Below the pieces are notes generated by a model. It did no database searches. It was not told the origin of the DNA and saw only the letters and a list, made by a program, of their open reading frames with translations. From NCBI GenBank assembly GCA_038087875.1, contig CM075990.1, positions 9,178,001-9,242,000 of the forward strand: DNA of 64,000 nucleotides, written 5' to 3'. Origin of the DNA: Malacoraja senta. Lineage: Eukaryota. Numbering within the stretch: position 1 is the first letter of the stretch; the number at the start of each line of letters is the position of its first letter. This document shows positions 1-14,371 of the stretch, one piece after another. Both the position numbers and the translations under genes were made by a program.

Positions 1-156
1 CTTTAGTCAGAGATTGATAGGTTTGTGATAAGGTAGGGCATCAAAGATCACGGGGAGAATGGCACGAGAATGGGGTTAAGAGGGAAAAAGATCAGCCATG
101 ACTGAATGGCAGAGAAGACTCGATTGGCTGAATGGCCTAATTCTCCTTTGTCTTAT
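1..156 (+). mobile_element. CR1 LINE 3' end fragment
   Basis: ggggagaa...gatcagccatga...gaatggcctaattctcct..tcttat, same 3' end as the CR1 copies at 35500-35610 and 43850-43980. Confidence 0.7.
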
Positions 157-1181
157 CAACAATAAATTCCACTTACCATTCATTTTCCTTCATTCCTACC
201 TATTCCTGAGGCTTCCACCCAATGCATTAGGCAATTATGCTGGACCGCATCACATGCCTTTCTGAAATCCAAATAGGCTACAACCATTGTCTCTTATTAT
301 ATATAGGAATTAGACTTTAGGACTGCAATGAGATGTTGTTCTTTATCCCATTTTGTAGACAAATTACATCCTTTGGGAATTGCCAAAACTCTGAAATCAA
401 TTCCTTCAGAATTCTGATGTTGTGAATCCTATACTTTTCACTCTTTCAGTTTGCAATAATAATTCTGCAAAAAAAAGTTCTACTCTGTTTAAAAAAACTT
501 ATTTTCTTTGCTTTACTTTAGATAAGTCTGCACGAACATTGAGTGAGAGACTTTTAGTCGGCAGTTCTGCATTCAGCCTTCCCTGTTATCAAGTTTCTCA
601 TTTGCTGGAAAGCTTCTTTTTCTTTCCTCCTACTCGACTGATTGAAATCAAGTACTCTAAAGTTTAATACAGATCTGCAGTAACAGGTCCTTATGCACGT
701 AAACTTAAAAGTCTCAATGGGATGGTTTGTTATCCTTACCAGTAGGCATTGTGATTTCTTGTATGCTTCTCAGAAAAGTACAAATGGATCATTGTGTTCT
801 ATTGCATTCTCCACCTGTTATTGCTTTTCTCCATTCGACTAATGGTAAAGCGAGATGCAAGTCATTTACATTGAAAAAAGGTGCTTGGATGTGATGGTAT
901 TTTTTTCAGCTTTTGGCAAATGGAAAGATTTACCACTCCTAACAGTGGTGTTTAGCTGGGTTTAAACTATGCAATACAGCAAATAAACATGCAATAAAAA
1001 AATTAATGGATTGCTATTCAGTAATGCTGTGGTGGGCCATTGAATTGGAATAGTAACTTATGGCAAGGTAGCACCCATGAATTTGGCATTCATCAGATAA
1101 ATCATGAGACAATATGGTTTGATGTAATTCTACACATGTAATGAAGACTAGTATAGAGTAAATGTGCTGGAATTGTGAGCA

Positions 1182-1308
1182 AAACACAAAATGATGGAGT
1201 AACTCAGTGGATCAGGCAGCATCTGTGGAGGGAATCGATAGGCAACATTTCAGGTAGAGATCTTCCACAGATGCTGCCCACTGAGTTGCTGTTGCTCTTT
1301 GTGTTTTG
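1182..1308. repeat. Penelope-derived fold-back repeat (internally deleted)
   Basis: aactcagtggatcaggcagcatctgtggag ... tccacagatgctgcccactgagtt inverted arms. Confidence 0.7.
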
Positions 1309-1559
1309 GTCCAAGTATATACTATTTGACAAAGTCCATTTTCAGTTATTATGAAAGCCAATGAAGAATCACAGATTGCACAGGAAAGAGGCCATCGTGC
1401 CTGTTGAGTCAACTCTACATCAAAGCAAACCATCTAGTCCTATTACTTCTTCATCTCCCCATCACTTTTCAGAGTCTTTCTTTCTAGATACTTATCCAGC
1501 TCCCTCTAAATCCTTCAATTAAATCAGCCTCTATTTTTTTTTACCACTTCAGAGCCTAA

Positions 1560-1932
1560 AGCCCCTGTCCCACTTAGGAGACCTAAACAGCAACCTCTGG
1601 TGACTTTGCCCGCCACCCAAAAAAAAATCAAGGTCGAGGTGACCTGCAACCTCCTACCACCTCCCACGCATATGTTGAAAACCTTCTTCGACTATGAAGA
1701 AAACCCGCTTTGACTAGACCTACGACTAAAAAATTATCGATTTTTAAAACGGCAACCTATTTTTAGTCGAGACCGGTTTTAATCATGATGAAAAAATAGC
1801 AGCAACTTAGATGAAGCCTCGACCACGCGGAAACCACTTTCGACCATTAGAGAGAGTGACCAAAACCTCCGGTGACCTCATGGAAACCTTGGGTGGCGGG
1901 AAAGGTCACCAGAGGTTGCTGTTTAGGTCTCC
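1560..1932. mobile_element. PIF/Harbinger-type MITE, right terminus truncated
   Basis: TAA then AGCCCCTGTCCCAC. Long subterminal inverted repeat (ggagacctaaacagcaacctctggtgac / gtcaccagaggttgctgtttaggtctcc). Interior is homologous to the reverse complement of 62379-62986. Confidence 0.75.
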
Positions 1933-2389
1933 AAATGCCTCGCTGTAAGAACATTTTCATCATATCACTTTTAGCTCTTTTGCCAATTATTTTCATTCCA
2001 TGATCTTTTGCTTTTTATCGTCATCAACTGGAAATAATTTATTTCTAACTACTTCAGTATATTAGCCCTTAATGATTTCAAATACTTCTATCCTTGCAAA
2101 CCCCTCTGTTCTAAGGGGAAACATAGCTCCTTCAATCTCATTAATAATGGTCTTGGTACTATTTCTTACATGGCAGAAAAATATATTGAGTAATTGGCCG
2201 CTGTTGAGTTCCTAATCATATCTGGTTTAATGCTGGAAATTGCCAAGTGGAATTTCATCACATGGGGAGTAATAAACAGTCTGATGCCATTGGGTCATTG
2301 TCACTCTTTTTTATAACCAATTCTGGACAGGATCATTGCCCTTCTCTGCTGGTGCATGAAATAAGAAGATTAGAATAGTGATTTCTACA

Positions 2390-2660
2390 CATAGAATCAT
2401 AGCATGGACACAAGCCCTTTGGTCCAACTTGCCCGTACCGACCAAAATGCCCCTTCTGGTCACATCTGCCCACGTTTGGCCCATATTCCTATAAACCTTT
2501 CCTATTCATGTATCCGTCCAAAAGTATTTTAAATGTTGTTAGAGTACCTGCCTCAACTATCTCCTCAGCAGCTTGTTTCACATACCCATCACCCTCTGTG
2601 TGAAAAAGTTGCTCCTCAGGTTCCTATTAAATATTTCCCCTCTAACCTTAAACCTATGTC
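2390..2660 (-). mobile_element. CR1 LINE 3' end fragment
   Basis: Reverse complement resembles the CR1 ORF2 end (FFTQRV.G.WN.L) plus 3'UTR. Confidence 0.7.
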
Positions 2661-4119
2661 CAGCTCCAAAACATCATAAATGCCTCCTTTTGCATAATAA
2701 TTTCTATAGTTTGAGGTTGAATTAATCAAGTGCATGTGGGGCTCTGTCCCATTGATTACATCTTTCCAGATTAAGATCTTATGTGCTACCATACATCAGA
2801 GACATGCATCAGAGACATATTTCTGATTAATCTGAAGCAATGTACTTCCCTCCTGTATCCTGCTCACCAAGAGCATAGAAATTGGTTTATGTACAATTAA
2901 TATCCAGTAGATATATACTAAGGGTAGCACCAAACTACATATTTTACTGCTGTCAAATTGTGCAGAAAACATCTGCTAACTATATATATTATAGATGAAC
3001 CTAAAAAAATCTTATGTTCATTATTTGAGTAACATTGCTTATAAGAAATACTATTTATATTCTTGTGGTGGTTCGGTTGATGTCATAGAATATTTGATTA
3101 TTTTTAAATAATATTAAATCGGTTAATTTACTCCAATTAGATAGAAACACTGTAGTGAATCCTAATCCAATATTCAGTCCCAAAGGCCAGTAGTAATTGA
3201 ACTGTGCCAAAACTACAGCATCAATAGTCTTATACAGGATACCAGCAGAAGACAAAATTGTCACTCTGATGAGATGACTAATGTCACTATTTACATTTTC
3301 TCCCATACAAAGTTTGGACCAAGGACAATTTTGTTGAATGTAAAGAGAAAAAAGTGAGAATGTGAAACAGGCACAAACGGAAGATTTCACCCTTAAACTC
3401 AAGCTTTATATTGCCTTAGAGTAGCTGCTAAATAGAAAGCAGCTTTTCCAAGCAGCATGATTTGCTCTGGATATAATGAAAATTCCACACTGCTTTTTTT
3501 TTTGTTTATTTTCCACTTTCCCTCACACTTTTGCTGTCTCCCACTTCACTACTTTCCTTTAATAAAAGCTCTTCATTGCTTTTCCAGATTTTAATGATCT
3601 CTTAACTACTTTAATAGAAATAGAACTAAGAATAGCAGGCCACATCAAATTCCTCTGAATCGGTAAGAGGTTCATGCAAGTCATATTGCTCAAGGCACTC
3701 TCCCTCACTTCTATTAAAATATTGTCAATATTATTAACAAGAAATACAATGGGACAACAACAAATAAATAGCTCACAAATTCTTGGAAGGAATCTGAATA
3801 TTTATTGCATATCTACTCAAAACTAACAGCTGCCCTTACAAAGAGATCAACTTGTTTTCTTTGTATTTATCAACCCTTGAACCTTTGGTGTGATAACAGC
3901 AATTGCAATATGAAAGTCATTAATTTCAAGGAGATATTCTTGAATTTCATCCGTATACTTTTCTCATATTCATATTTCCTTCCAACAAAGAAGGCTGCCT
4001 TTCTGCCAATCAAGTCCAAGTCATCTCACATAGCAATCCCATTAATCTCTCTCCCTCAAATTTCCTAGTAAGCTATTCTCTCACCAGCCCATCAATTTTT
4101 CCTGCATCCCACCTATATT

Positions 4120-4326
4120 AACCTACATTAAGGGCAATTTAAAGTAGCCAATTAACCTAACAACTTGTATGCCTTTGGGATGCGAGGGGAAACGGAGCAT
4201 TCAGGGAATCTAATACAGTATTATGATGAAAGTGAAAACTCCACACAGACAGCAACCAAAGTCAGGATTGAACCTAAGTAGCTGGAGCATTACAACAGCA
4301 GCAGCAGCAGGATCTGCTGCGCCATT
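4120..4326 (-). mobile_element. Degenerate HE1/V-SINE
   Basis: Reverse complement shows the tRNA-like head (ggcgcagcag, ggttcaatcctgac) and V-domain remnants. Confidence 0.6.
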
Positions 4327-4987
4327 GTTTCATCACACTCTTCACAATTACGCATACATACTTCAAACTCATTATCTAATCTGGTCTCCAAAATCCTACT
4401 TTTGGATTATCTTTATATTGTTTGTTTTTCTCAGCTCTCAATATAACAAGTCCTTGCCAGAACTGTGATATCTAAGAAGGTACAATTAAGCGTTAAGAGA
4501 GTATTGGTAATATAGTTATCTCTGGATAGAGCTTAAATCTATGATCTGACATAGGCAAAAAGGCAAAAATTGAAGGCAGTTAGACCACCTTCTAGTATCC
4601 TATCTCACACCTCCAGAGTTCAATTACTGAAAGTCCCTTAACCTGTGAAAGAGGAAGGGAACCAACCTACTGACAATTTTGCTGATGCTGTTTTGTAACC
4701 ATTTAGCAGAAAATGCCTCTGGCTGAGTGGATCTTAATTTCCTCCCTCTTTCAAATCCCAATGAGGAACTTAGCCCACAGCAGGTTTGCAGCACAAACCA
4801 CATCATATCATACTATTGCGCATGTAGATATTGCACTGCTCATGTAGCATACTGCACCTATGCACAAATCAAATTATTCGGTTGTGAATCGTGCTACAAC
4901 AGCATACTGCTAAAAAATTGAAAACCTTTAGCACAAGAACACCAGTTTACAGGTTACATCACAGGTAATCCAGCCAGATCAAAGAGA

Positions 4988-6151
4988 GTCAAGTCAAGTG
5001 AGTTTATTGTCATGTGTCCCTGGTAGGACAATGAAATTCTTGCTTTGCTTGAGCACAACAGAACATAGTAGGCATTTACTACAAGGCATTCTATAAATAT
5101 ATACACAATGGTCAATATACTGATAAAGTGCAAATAACAGTTTTGGCTAGTAAAGTTCAGTGTTATGTCCGAGCCAGGTTTAATAGCCTGATGGCTCTGG
5201 GGAAGTAGCTGTTCCTGAACCTGGTCGTTGCAGTCTTCAGGCTCCTTTACCTTCTACCTGAAGGTAGTAGGGAGATGAGTGTGTGGCCAGGATGGTGTGG
5301 GTCCTTGATGATGCTGCCAGCCTTTTTGAGGCAGCGACTGTGGTAGATCCCCTCGATGGAAGGGAGGTCAGAGCCGATGATGGACTGGGCAGTGTTTACT
5401 ACTTTTTGTAGTGTTTTCCTCTCCAGGGCACTCAAGTTGCCGAACCAAGCCACGATGCAACCGGTCAGCATGCTCTCTACTGTGCACCTGTAGAAGTTAG
5501 AGAGAGTCCTCCTTGACAAACCGACTCTCCGTAATCTTCTCAGGAAGTAGAGGCGCTGATGTGCTTTCTTAATAATGGCATCATTGTTCTCGGACCAGGA
5601 AAGATCTTCAGAGATGTGCACGCCCAGGAATTTGAAGCTCTTGACCCTTTCAACCATCGACCCATTGATATAAACCGGACTGTGGGTCCCCATCCTACTC
5701 CTTCCAAAGTCCACAATCAGTTCCTTGGTTTTGCTGGTGTTGAGGGCCAGGTTGTTGTGCTGGCACCATATGGACAGTTGCTCGATCTCTCTTCTATACT
5801 CTGACTCATCCCCATCAGTGATACGTCCCACAACAGTGGTGTCATCAGCGAACTTGATGATGGAGTTCGCACTATGTCTGGCTACGCAGTCATGAGTATA
5901 GAGTGAGTACAGCAGGGGACTGAGCACGCAGCCTTGAGGTGCTCCCGTGCTAATTGTTATAGAGTCTGACACATTTCCACCAATACGAACAGACTGTGGT
6001 CTGAGTGTGAGGAAGTCGAGGATCCAATTGCAGAGGGATGCGCAGAGACCCAGTTCTGCGAGTTTGGTAACCAGCTTGGAGGGGATGATTGTGTTAAATG
6101 CCGAGCTGTAATCGATGAATAACAGCCTGACATATGAGTTTTTGTTGTCCA
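4988..6151 (-). mobile_element. 5'-truncated young Rex1/Babar-type LINE; intact reverse transcriptase C-terminal ORF 5247-6164
   Basis: ORF has [34 protein letters not shown] and FLGV motifs. 3' end reads aataaactcacttgacttgac on the minus strand. Confidence 0.92.
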
Positions 6152-6615
6152 TCTTTGACAACAAAAAACAGCTTTGACCATCCTACCGCACTGAATTCAG
6201 AACAGCAGTTGGTATTTTACTTCTCAAACATGTGGTTTTAATAATATCATATGCCACATCAGAATGCCTTTCATACGTTAAAGAACGAGAAACAATTGTG
6301 ATATGCAAATTAACTAATTAACATAATTTATTTATATATTACTCTTCAGCATAATTATCCATTTCAATTTTCGACACTTTGTGAGATTCTTAAGGGTAAC
6401 GTGAATTTTTTAATGAACTCAATTAGAACATATAAGTTGAATCTAATTGGCATAACACACTAATATGAACTCCTTTGTATTATAATCACATCCCCAATTT
6501 TCACAATGACAGTTCGCATAGTTCCTAAACTAGCAGCAAAACTAGCAGCAGTAACAAAAAAATTTTAAAGTACATTCAACATAATATAGACAAAATTGTC
6601 CACATTTTATTACTG

Positions 6616-7654
6616 TAGGTATGTTACAGTACTTACCTTCAGCGGCGCTGCAATTCTGCCACTGGCAGTGTGCGCGATTTGGGCGCCTTTAAGGGGGGGG
6701 GGGCTTAAAACGCGGGTTTCTCCTACCTTGTCCTGAATTATATTTCGTTGGAGTACAAGCGTTTGCTGAAAAATCGTTCCTAGGGGCGTTTTGTGAATTT
6801 TTTATTTTTATTAAATCGACAATGTCAGCGCTGGAGTCACTTTAAAATCAGCTCCTGAAGCCGTCAACGCCGATAACGGGGACGGATTTCACGTACGGGA
6901 CAGGTAAATGAAAGTGGTTTATTTAAATGTATAAAAGTGCTTCTTAAGAAGCCTTTAATTCACATTTTTTCATGCGAAACGGTGATTTTATTCCCCGAAC
7001 TAATGGCAGTATTTTTCATGCCAATATGGGGTTAAATTCACCGCAAATGAACGTTCCAAAAGATCGCGTTCCAGAAATCCTCACTCGCAAGATGATTTAA
7101 ATGCCCATTAATTTACAGGTATTAAACATTCAATTCCTTCCATTTGGCCTGTAAATTCATAACGAGATTTAAAAATTATGTTATATTGTAAATTATTGTG
7201 TGAATGTTATTTGGACACTTAGGCTATTTAAAAATGTTAATCTATTCTTAAGAAATTGATAGATGTTTAGATCTAGTAATTGAATTTTGTAATTAGCTAC
7301 AATTAGGTAACTAACTAATTATATGCTTTAATTTCATGTCTTTTAAGTAAGATTGTTTCATATTTGTTTCAGAATGCTTCAATCTATAATAACTGAAAAT
7401 TTCTTTCAGTTCTCTTAATTTTTAAGAAAGTTATGGGCTTTTAACTGTCCTCGATCACAGCTTTTGTGTTAAGTCAATGGAAAAGCAATAGGGAACAAGA
7501 TGCTAATTTCCGAGTATGAAAATGGCCATAACTTTTTTAATACTGAAGATATGAAAGTGAATTAGGTGCCAAATTAAACTTCTTTTTATGCTTTATCTGA
7601 TGGGATAAATTGCAGACTTTATTTTTAAAATCTCAACATTTTGTAACATTGCTA
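6616..7654 (+). mobile_element. Non-autonomous TIR DNA element, copy 1 (7-bp TSD ATTACTG)
   Basis: Termini TAGGTATGTTACA / TGTAACATTGCTA; TSD at 6609-6615 and 7655-7661; near-identical to the copies at 12837 and 18187. Confidence 0.9.
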
Positions 7655-7661
7655 ATTACTG

Positions 7662-8126
7662 CAGCACAATACTTCAAATGCAGCCTCACCAACGTCTTCT
7701 ATAATTGTAACATAACATCTCTCAATACTCTGACTGATGAAGGCCAATATACTGAAATCCACCTTGACCACCTGTGAAACCAATTTCAGGGAACTATGTA
7801 CCTAAATTTCTAGACCCCTCTGCACAACGACACTTCCCAAGGCCCTGCCATTCACTATGAAGGTCCTGTCCTGGTGTTTTCCCCCCAAAATGCAATTTTG
7901 TACTAATCTGCATTAAACTCCATTAACGATTCCTCAGCCCACTTACCCGGCTGATCAAAAATCCTGCTGTAATTTTTCATAACCATCATCACCATCTACA
8001 ATACTACCCACTTTAGTGTGATCTGCAAATGTATTAATCATCACTCATATTCACATCCAAATAGTTGAGATGAACCACAAACAGCAATGGGCCCAACACC
8101 AATCTGAGGCACAGCATTAGTCACAG
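7662..8126 (-). mobile_element. Degenerate CR1 RT fragment
   Basis: Reverse complement resembles FADDTK.GG.VD and LVRPHLEYCVQ coding sequence with frameshifts. Confidence 0.7.
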
Positions 8127-9147
8127 GAAAAGAGTTTTCAACCTTTTCCTCTTAATAGGAACACCACTATAATGTTTATATTTTACATTTGGAATGCATA
8201 ATCATTTGGAATGTGAAAATTGGAACAATGCATTAAGAAATAATCTTTTGCATCAACTGTGCCAATTGCACAAAATATCTATGCAAAAAATGTAATTTTT
8301 CTTAGTATTTAGCTTTAGTATTTTGTTTTAATTGTCAATAATGAAATACACTTGCAACACTACTTACTTGAGGAGAGAACTTAGGAATGCAGCTTAACAT
8401 TGCATAAACTGTAAACAGACATTTGTCTTGGAAATTATTTTCCAGCAGGTTACATTGACATTTTTTTGCTGGTTAGACAATGGAGTAGACTGTAAGAATG
8501 CATTTCAATTATCTGAATGAAACTCATTAAGAGAAGTGGTTAAGTGATGAGTTGCTTTCGATTCTGCTGAGGGCTACTAATATATTTGTTGGTCCATACA
8601 CTGACTACGGACGCAATGCAAACCTTTAAAAGGAAGCTGTGCTGGAGGAACCTACTATAAGTATATAATTAGTAGCTATTGTTGATTAATGTATCTCTGG
8701 ATCAAGATTACTTTTTGGAATGGAACTCATTTTCTGAGGTTGGAAAGAGGAAAGTAATTACCCAGAAATACTCCCTCAAAAATGACCTAGGTTTTTTTCT
8801 TTTAATTCCCTTTCCAGCACGGTGAAATAATTGCTGCTGTGGGGATGGGGTATGGGAGGAGGTGAAAAGGTTGGTGGGCAAGTGAAATTGGAAGGACTAG
8901 CTTATTTCGTAAGACTACCTTAGAATGACTACCTCAATCTTGTTTGCATGTCTTCAGCTTATGCTGTTGGTTTATATCGCTCATCAATGGGCTGACGTTC
9001 ATTACTGTGAGTTTTCAGGAAGGTACAAAGTAAATGGAACCTGTTCCAGTGGGAAGAGAGAAGGCCAGGGTAGAGCAGTTAGCATGAGTGAATTCAGTTT
9101 TAGAGCAATGGTTTATGAATTTCTCTCTACTACTTAGTTGTTTTAAT

Positions 9148-9305
9148 GATGCCGAGTCAGAGACAGATAGATTCTTGATTAGTATGGGTGTCAGAGGTTA
9201 TGGGGAGAAAGCAGGAGAATGGAGTTAGGAGGGAGAGTTAGATCAGCCATGATAGAATGGTGGAGTAGACTTGATGGGCCAAATGGCTTAATTTTACTTC
9301 TATTC
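9148..9305 (+). mobile_element. CR1 LINE 3' end fragment
   Basis: ggttatggggagaaagcaggagaatgg...gatcagccatgat...atgggccaaatgg. Confidence 0.7.
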
Positions 9306-9372
9306 ATTATAATAATAATAATGGATTTTATTTACGGGCGCCTTATACCGAGGTCTCAAGGACACCATACAG
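9306..9372 (-). mobile_element. L2-type 3' tail fragment
   Basis: Reverse complement ggtgtccttgagacctcggtataaggcgcccgtaaataaaatcc(att)n, typical L2-like hairpin plus microsatellite tail. Confidence 0.45.
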
Positions 9373-11173
9373 AGATTTATAGAAAACATATAATCAGAAT
9401 TTTAAAAAAAATTGGTTATTATGACCTTATGCTATCATTCAATTGTTGTTCTACTAATTTTTTAGAAATAGTATTGAAATAATATTATCAGACCCAAGGT
9501 GGTGAACATTTGACAAAATGGTCAGGAGGCATAGCATGAGGAAGTTTGGAAATCTGTGGATTGTCACTTTCCTTTGACTTTGCTAATCGTTGACAATAAT
9601 AATCATGAATTTAAAAAATGCTAAATTATACAAAATCCAGTCCCTCTGGAAAAACAGCACATAAATCAAAAAAGCTGGCCAGTTGCAGTCTTTAGCAGCT
9701 TTGAAAAAACAAATACACATCAGTTGCATTGTTCCACAGCTGCTGAGGCTGTGAGCAGTGCGACACAGTTTCTCAGTAAATTTCCTTTCACCAGTTAGCC
9801 TAAGCTACTTGTATTTTGGCTTTGTTTTAGCTCAAATTCCATGGGACCTTGGCCTGCAGCTGGATCTTAGAGTCTCTTAAGCCTCTAAATCTAGCTCCCC
9901 TATCTCAAATTCAGAGACAGCTTTACAAAATCTACAAATCTTCCACTGGGAAATGTAAACTAGATTTTGAAGTGTAAATACTGGGAGTCAATCTGAAAAA
10001 GTCCAAATGGAAACAATTCCAGTGTAACAAGAACAATTTGCATTTGTAAAAGCATTTTTAACAAAGCAAAGCGTTCCAAAGCACTTAATATAAATGGGGC
10101 TGCAATGTTTACGCTACACCCAGGCAGTTAAAACCTGCCAGAACGCATCTACATTGTAAACAGCCAGAACCGAGTATCAAGTAGCAATGGATTCTCAGGC
10201 TATAGGATTCGGCAGAGCTGGAGTTCCAGTTACAGAAGAAGCTCCATTTAAGGATCAAGTATTAGATTTATATCCGAATGGCTGAACTGTCTCTTTGAAT
10301 ATTCAGATGGCAGCCCACCTGAATTACATTCTACCAGCCCACCAAAAAAAATGTTTTAAAGAGAAGAAGTAACCACGACAATTAAATATTTTAAAATAGA
10401 GGAATGTTCATAGATTGCATTATTTGAATCATTATGTATATAGATCTTCAAACCATGTAGAGAATGGCTAAAGTAAGATAGGATCCTGAGTCATCCCAAT
10501 CAGTTGTTGCTATGGTAATGCAATGACAAAGCTCACATATTCTTCCTTGACTGAAGTTTATAGCCAGCAATGATGGAGTCACCAAACTGGTCTCTGGATT
10601 ACTGATCTGAAAAATGAAGCCATCAACATAGGGAAGAACACTAAGCAACCAGAACATATAACTGAAGGACTGTGACTAACTCATTAAGGGTGATAATAAA
10701 AACCTCGGCTGAGAGTGAAAAGTTATAAATAAAACAAGAAAAAGTAATGTACTCCAGCAAAACAACAACCTCTATACTTTAAATAAGAATTTCTTCATCC
10801 AATTTAGCCCAATTGAACTCTGAATTCAATTTCCTTATGATGGATGGTCTTTTGCCTTTATTATCTCCCGAAAGAATCTATTGAGATTGTTTCAAATTAT
10901 TATTTAATGAAACAAAAGAAATGTTGTCATAAAGACCTTCTGGACAACAAATTTCAACAGATATTTAATTCAGCTAGCTGCTAATAAATCAATGCATCAC
11001 AGTTATATTTTTCAAATCCTAACTGTAATTTTCAGCTGGTTATTTCAAAGAATTGTTAATTGAAAATGAAACCTATGAAAATTTGAGGACTTCAGTTGTA
11101 GAATCATGTAGAAATTCAAAGCTGCATGGAACATATTGCACAACTATTTATATTTACTTACTTATAATAACAT

Positions 11174-11457
11174 GGCAGTATGGTGGCGCAGCGATATAGC
11201 TACTCCCAGAGACCCGGGTTCAATCCTGACTACAGGTGCTTGTTTGTACATTCTCCGCGTGACCTGCGTGGGTTTTCTCCAAACTCTTCAGAATCCTCCC
11301 ACACTCCAAATTCGTACAGGTTTGTTGGTTGATAGGCTTGGTATAAAATGTAAAATGATCCCTAGTGTGTGTAGGGTGGTGTTAATATTCGGAGATCGCT
11401 GGTCAGTGCGGACTTAGTGGGCCGAAGGGCCTATTTCCCCGCTGTATCTCGAAACTA
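11174..11457 (+). mobile_element. HE1/V-SINE
   Basis: A box (tggcgcagcg), B box (gggttcaatcc), V-domain, CR1-like tail gggccgaagggcctatttcc. Confidence 0.85.
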
Positions 11458-12229
11458 CACATAGGAGGTGGCCTTTCAGTCTCTTCATTGCTCCCAGCAG
11501 GGCAACCCCATCTGTCCCATTTCCACTCATTTTTACCTGAAATCCTGTAACATATTCTCTCTTGCACATCCATAAACTCCCCTTTGGTTTTTTTCCACAC
11601 TTACCTACATGAGAGATACTTTTTCTTGGATTGGTAGGTCAACTGGTCACTGTAAATTGTTCCCAGCACATAGGTGAGTGGTAAAAGAAGTGGAGACTCC
11701 AAAGCCAAATGTGAACTGTACACATAGGGAACTGTTGATGCTGGAATCTTGTGTAGAACACTTCATTCAGCACTGAAACAGGCCCTCTCAAAGTCAGTCC
11801 TGTCTTTCCCACAACCATATTTTTATGATTGTAATAATTTAATAATTATGCTAATACTCTAATTTTATCCACTTGCATGTGGCTCTTAAATATGTTCAAG
11901 CTGTCGAACCTTTCTCTGTCTACTCTGCCCACTGGACTTTATTGATTCTCTACATTTGAATCAGTCTCCTCATAGCTGCACTGCTATTATGCTTCCAACT
12001 CCAGTGCCAGATTAATTTTCAGATCTACAGAGTAGCCGAGCAAACCTCTGTGGAAGGCTATCGATTCCCTTCCAATTCAGATGCAACTCCTCCTTTTTAC
12101 ACTCGTCCAACCTGTCACAGAAGAGATCCCAATGATGCAAGTACTTAAAGCCCTCACCACTGCACCACCTATTTAGCTACACATTAATCTGTCCTATCCT
12201 CCATTCCTACCCTCACATGCATGTGACAC

Positions 12230-12610
12230 AGGGAAATTGAAGCAGTCCACAACCAAACACAGCAATAACTATGCAGACTTGGACTGATAAATGACAAGTA
12301 ACATTCTTGCCACAAGTACGCAATCGCGATATTCAACATGAGAAAGTTTACCTAACATATCACTGGGATTGCCATCACAAAATCCCCTCTGGGTTAACAT
12401 TGACTGGAACCAGAGCTGGAGTAGCCACATACACAACATGGCTACAAGAGCAGGTCAGTGGCAAGGGATTTTGCAGCGAGTAACTCACCTCCTAACTCTC
12501 CAGAGCCTGCTCACCGTTCGCAGTGCTCAAGCCACGAGTATGATGGACTACTCTCTGCTTGACTTGAAGAGTGTATATTCAGCAACACTCCGGAAGCTCG
12601 ATACCATAAC
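12230..12610 (+). mobile_element. Old LINE (CR1/L2 group) RT remnant
   Basis: Decayed LGV.ID..LSW..HI ... Q.RS.M.YS coding; a related remnant lies at about 22400-22690. Confidence 0.5.
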
Positions 12611-12836
12611 GAAGATATGCTTAATGCCCAGGGAATTTTGTTGTATATTCTCCAAAGAACGCAATGGAACTTTTACCCCACGGTATAATTCAGTTCACAA
12701 TGGTCAACATAAGCATAATTTATTTTTGTTTATATATAAGAATGTAGTGAAGTGGCACTATATTCACAGAGCTGTAATCGCATCATGTCTTTGATAACTT
12801 CAGAAACACGATTGCCTCATGTGGTGCACCTTAATG

Positions 12837-13877
12837 TAGGTATGTTACAAAACTTACCTTCAGTCGCGCTGTAATTCTGCCACTGGCCGTGTGCGCGATT
12901 TTGGCGCCTTTAAGGGGGGGGCGGGGTTAAAACGCGGTTTCTCCTCCTTTGTCCTGGAAATATTTTGTTGGAGTACAAACCTTAGCTGACAAAATCGTTC
13001 CTACCGGCGTTTTGTGAATTTTTTATTTTTATTAAATCGTCAATGTCAGCGCTACAGTCATTTTAAAAGCAGCTCCTGAAGCGTCAACGCCGATAACGGG
13101 GACGGATTTCACACAATGGACAGGTAAACGAAAGTGCTTTCTTTAAATGTATAAAAGTGCTTCTTAAGAAGCCTTTAATTCACATTTTGTCATGCGACAC
13201 GGTGATTTTATTCCCCGAATTAACGGCAGTATTTTTCATGCCAATACGGGGTTAAATTCACCGCAAATCAACGTTCCAAAAGATCGCGTTCCAGTAATCC
13301 TCACTGACAAGATGAATTAAATCCCCATTCATTTACAGGTATTAAACATTCAATTCCTTCCATTTGGCCTGTAAATTCATGAAAATTAGATTTAAAAATT
13401 ATGTTATATTGTGAATTATTGTGTGAATGTTATTTGGACACTTAGGCTATTTAAAAATGTTAATCTATTCTTAAGAAATTGATAGATGTTTAGATCTAGT
13501 AATTGAATTTTGTAATTAGCTACAATTAGGTAACTAACTAATTATATGCTTTACTTTCATGTCTTCAAAGTAAGATTGTTTCATATTTGTTTCAGAATGC
13601 TTCAATCTATAATACCTGAAAATTTCTTTCAGTTACCATAATTTTTAAGAAAGTTATGGGCTTTTAACTGTCCTCGATCACAGCTTTTGTGTTAAGTCAA
13701 TGGAAAAGCAATAGGGAACTAGATGCTAATTTCTGAGTATGATAATGGCCATAACTTTTTTAATACTGAAGATATGAAAGTGAATTAAGTGTCAAATTAA
13801 ACTTCTTTTTATGCTTTATCTGATGGGATAAATTGCAGACTTTATTTTTTAAATCTCAAAATTTTGTAACATTGCTA
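12837..13877 (+). mobile_element. Non-autonomous TIR DNA element, copy 2 (7-bp TSD CTTAATG)
   Basis: TAGGTATGTTACAAAA / TTTTGTAACATTGCTA; TSD at 12830-12836 and 13878-13884. Confidence 0.9.
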
Positions 13878-14284
13878 CTTAATGCAGGACAAATTAGTTA
13901 TGAATAAAATAAATGTAATTAAATCTTGAGTACTAACATAACCCTTAAACAATTTTTCCTGCGGGTCAGAAGAAATCCGTGCTTAGTTGATGATGATCTT
14001 AGCTATACCACTCATTGAAAGAGCACTATATTTTTGATAATGAAATTAATAAAAACTGTTTGGATGACAGATAAATCAAAAGATTAATGTTACCACAGCA
14101 TAATTATCTGTGCAATGTAATGATTAATTATGCCAAAATATGTTCCAAAACTTTAAATTCAACATCTTGGAATATTTTACATTTATTTTCATGAGCTTTC
14201 AATTGCATATTAATATAAATTGTGCTCAAATGCATAGTTCTATTTGTAAAACAATACATACCGACAAAAATATGAAAAGTTTAC

Positions 14285-14371
14285 CTTATCTGTTGTGTTT
14301 ATAGTGTCAGCTTGTTCTTGCGTTGGTGAGCCTATAGCTATGAAGTCATTTACAGAGGAACCATCACCATT
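14285..14371 (-). CDS. CCSER2: Next internal coding exon (87 nt, phase 0-0) of the same gene
   Basis: Acceptor cttgtcttcattttttcAG and donor AAG|GTaaac. Only one frame is open (NGDGSSVNDFIAIGSPTQEQADTINTTDK) and it joins the 43240 exon in phase. Length and character resemble the short acidic/Ser segment that follows the DCTAVKT motif in CCSER2. Confidence 0.72.

Noticed and set aside
422..4921. Short ORFs in the track (60-115 aa), here and elsewhere in unique sequence
   Set aside because: Random intronic ORFs, many with non-ATG starts and no recognisable homology; the next downstream CCSER2 exon was not found in 1-14284
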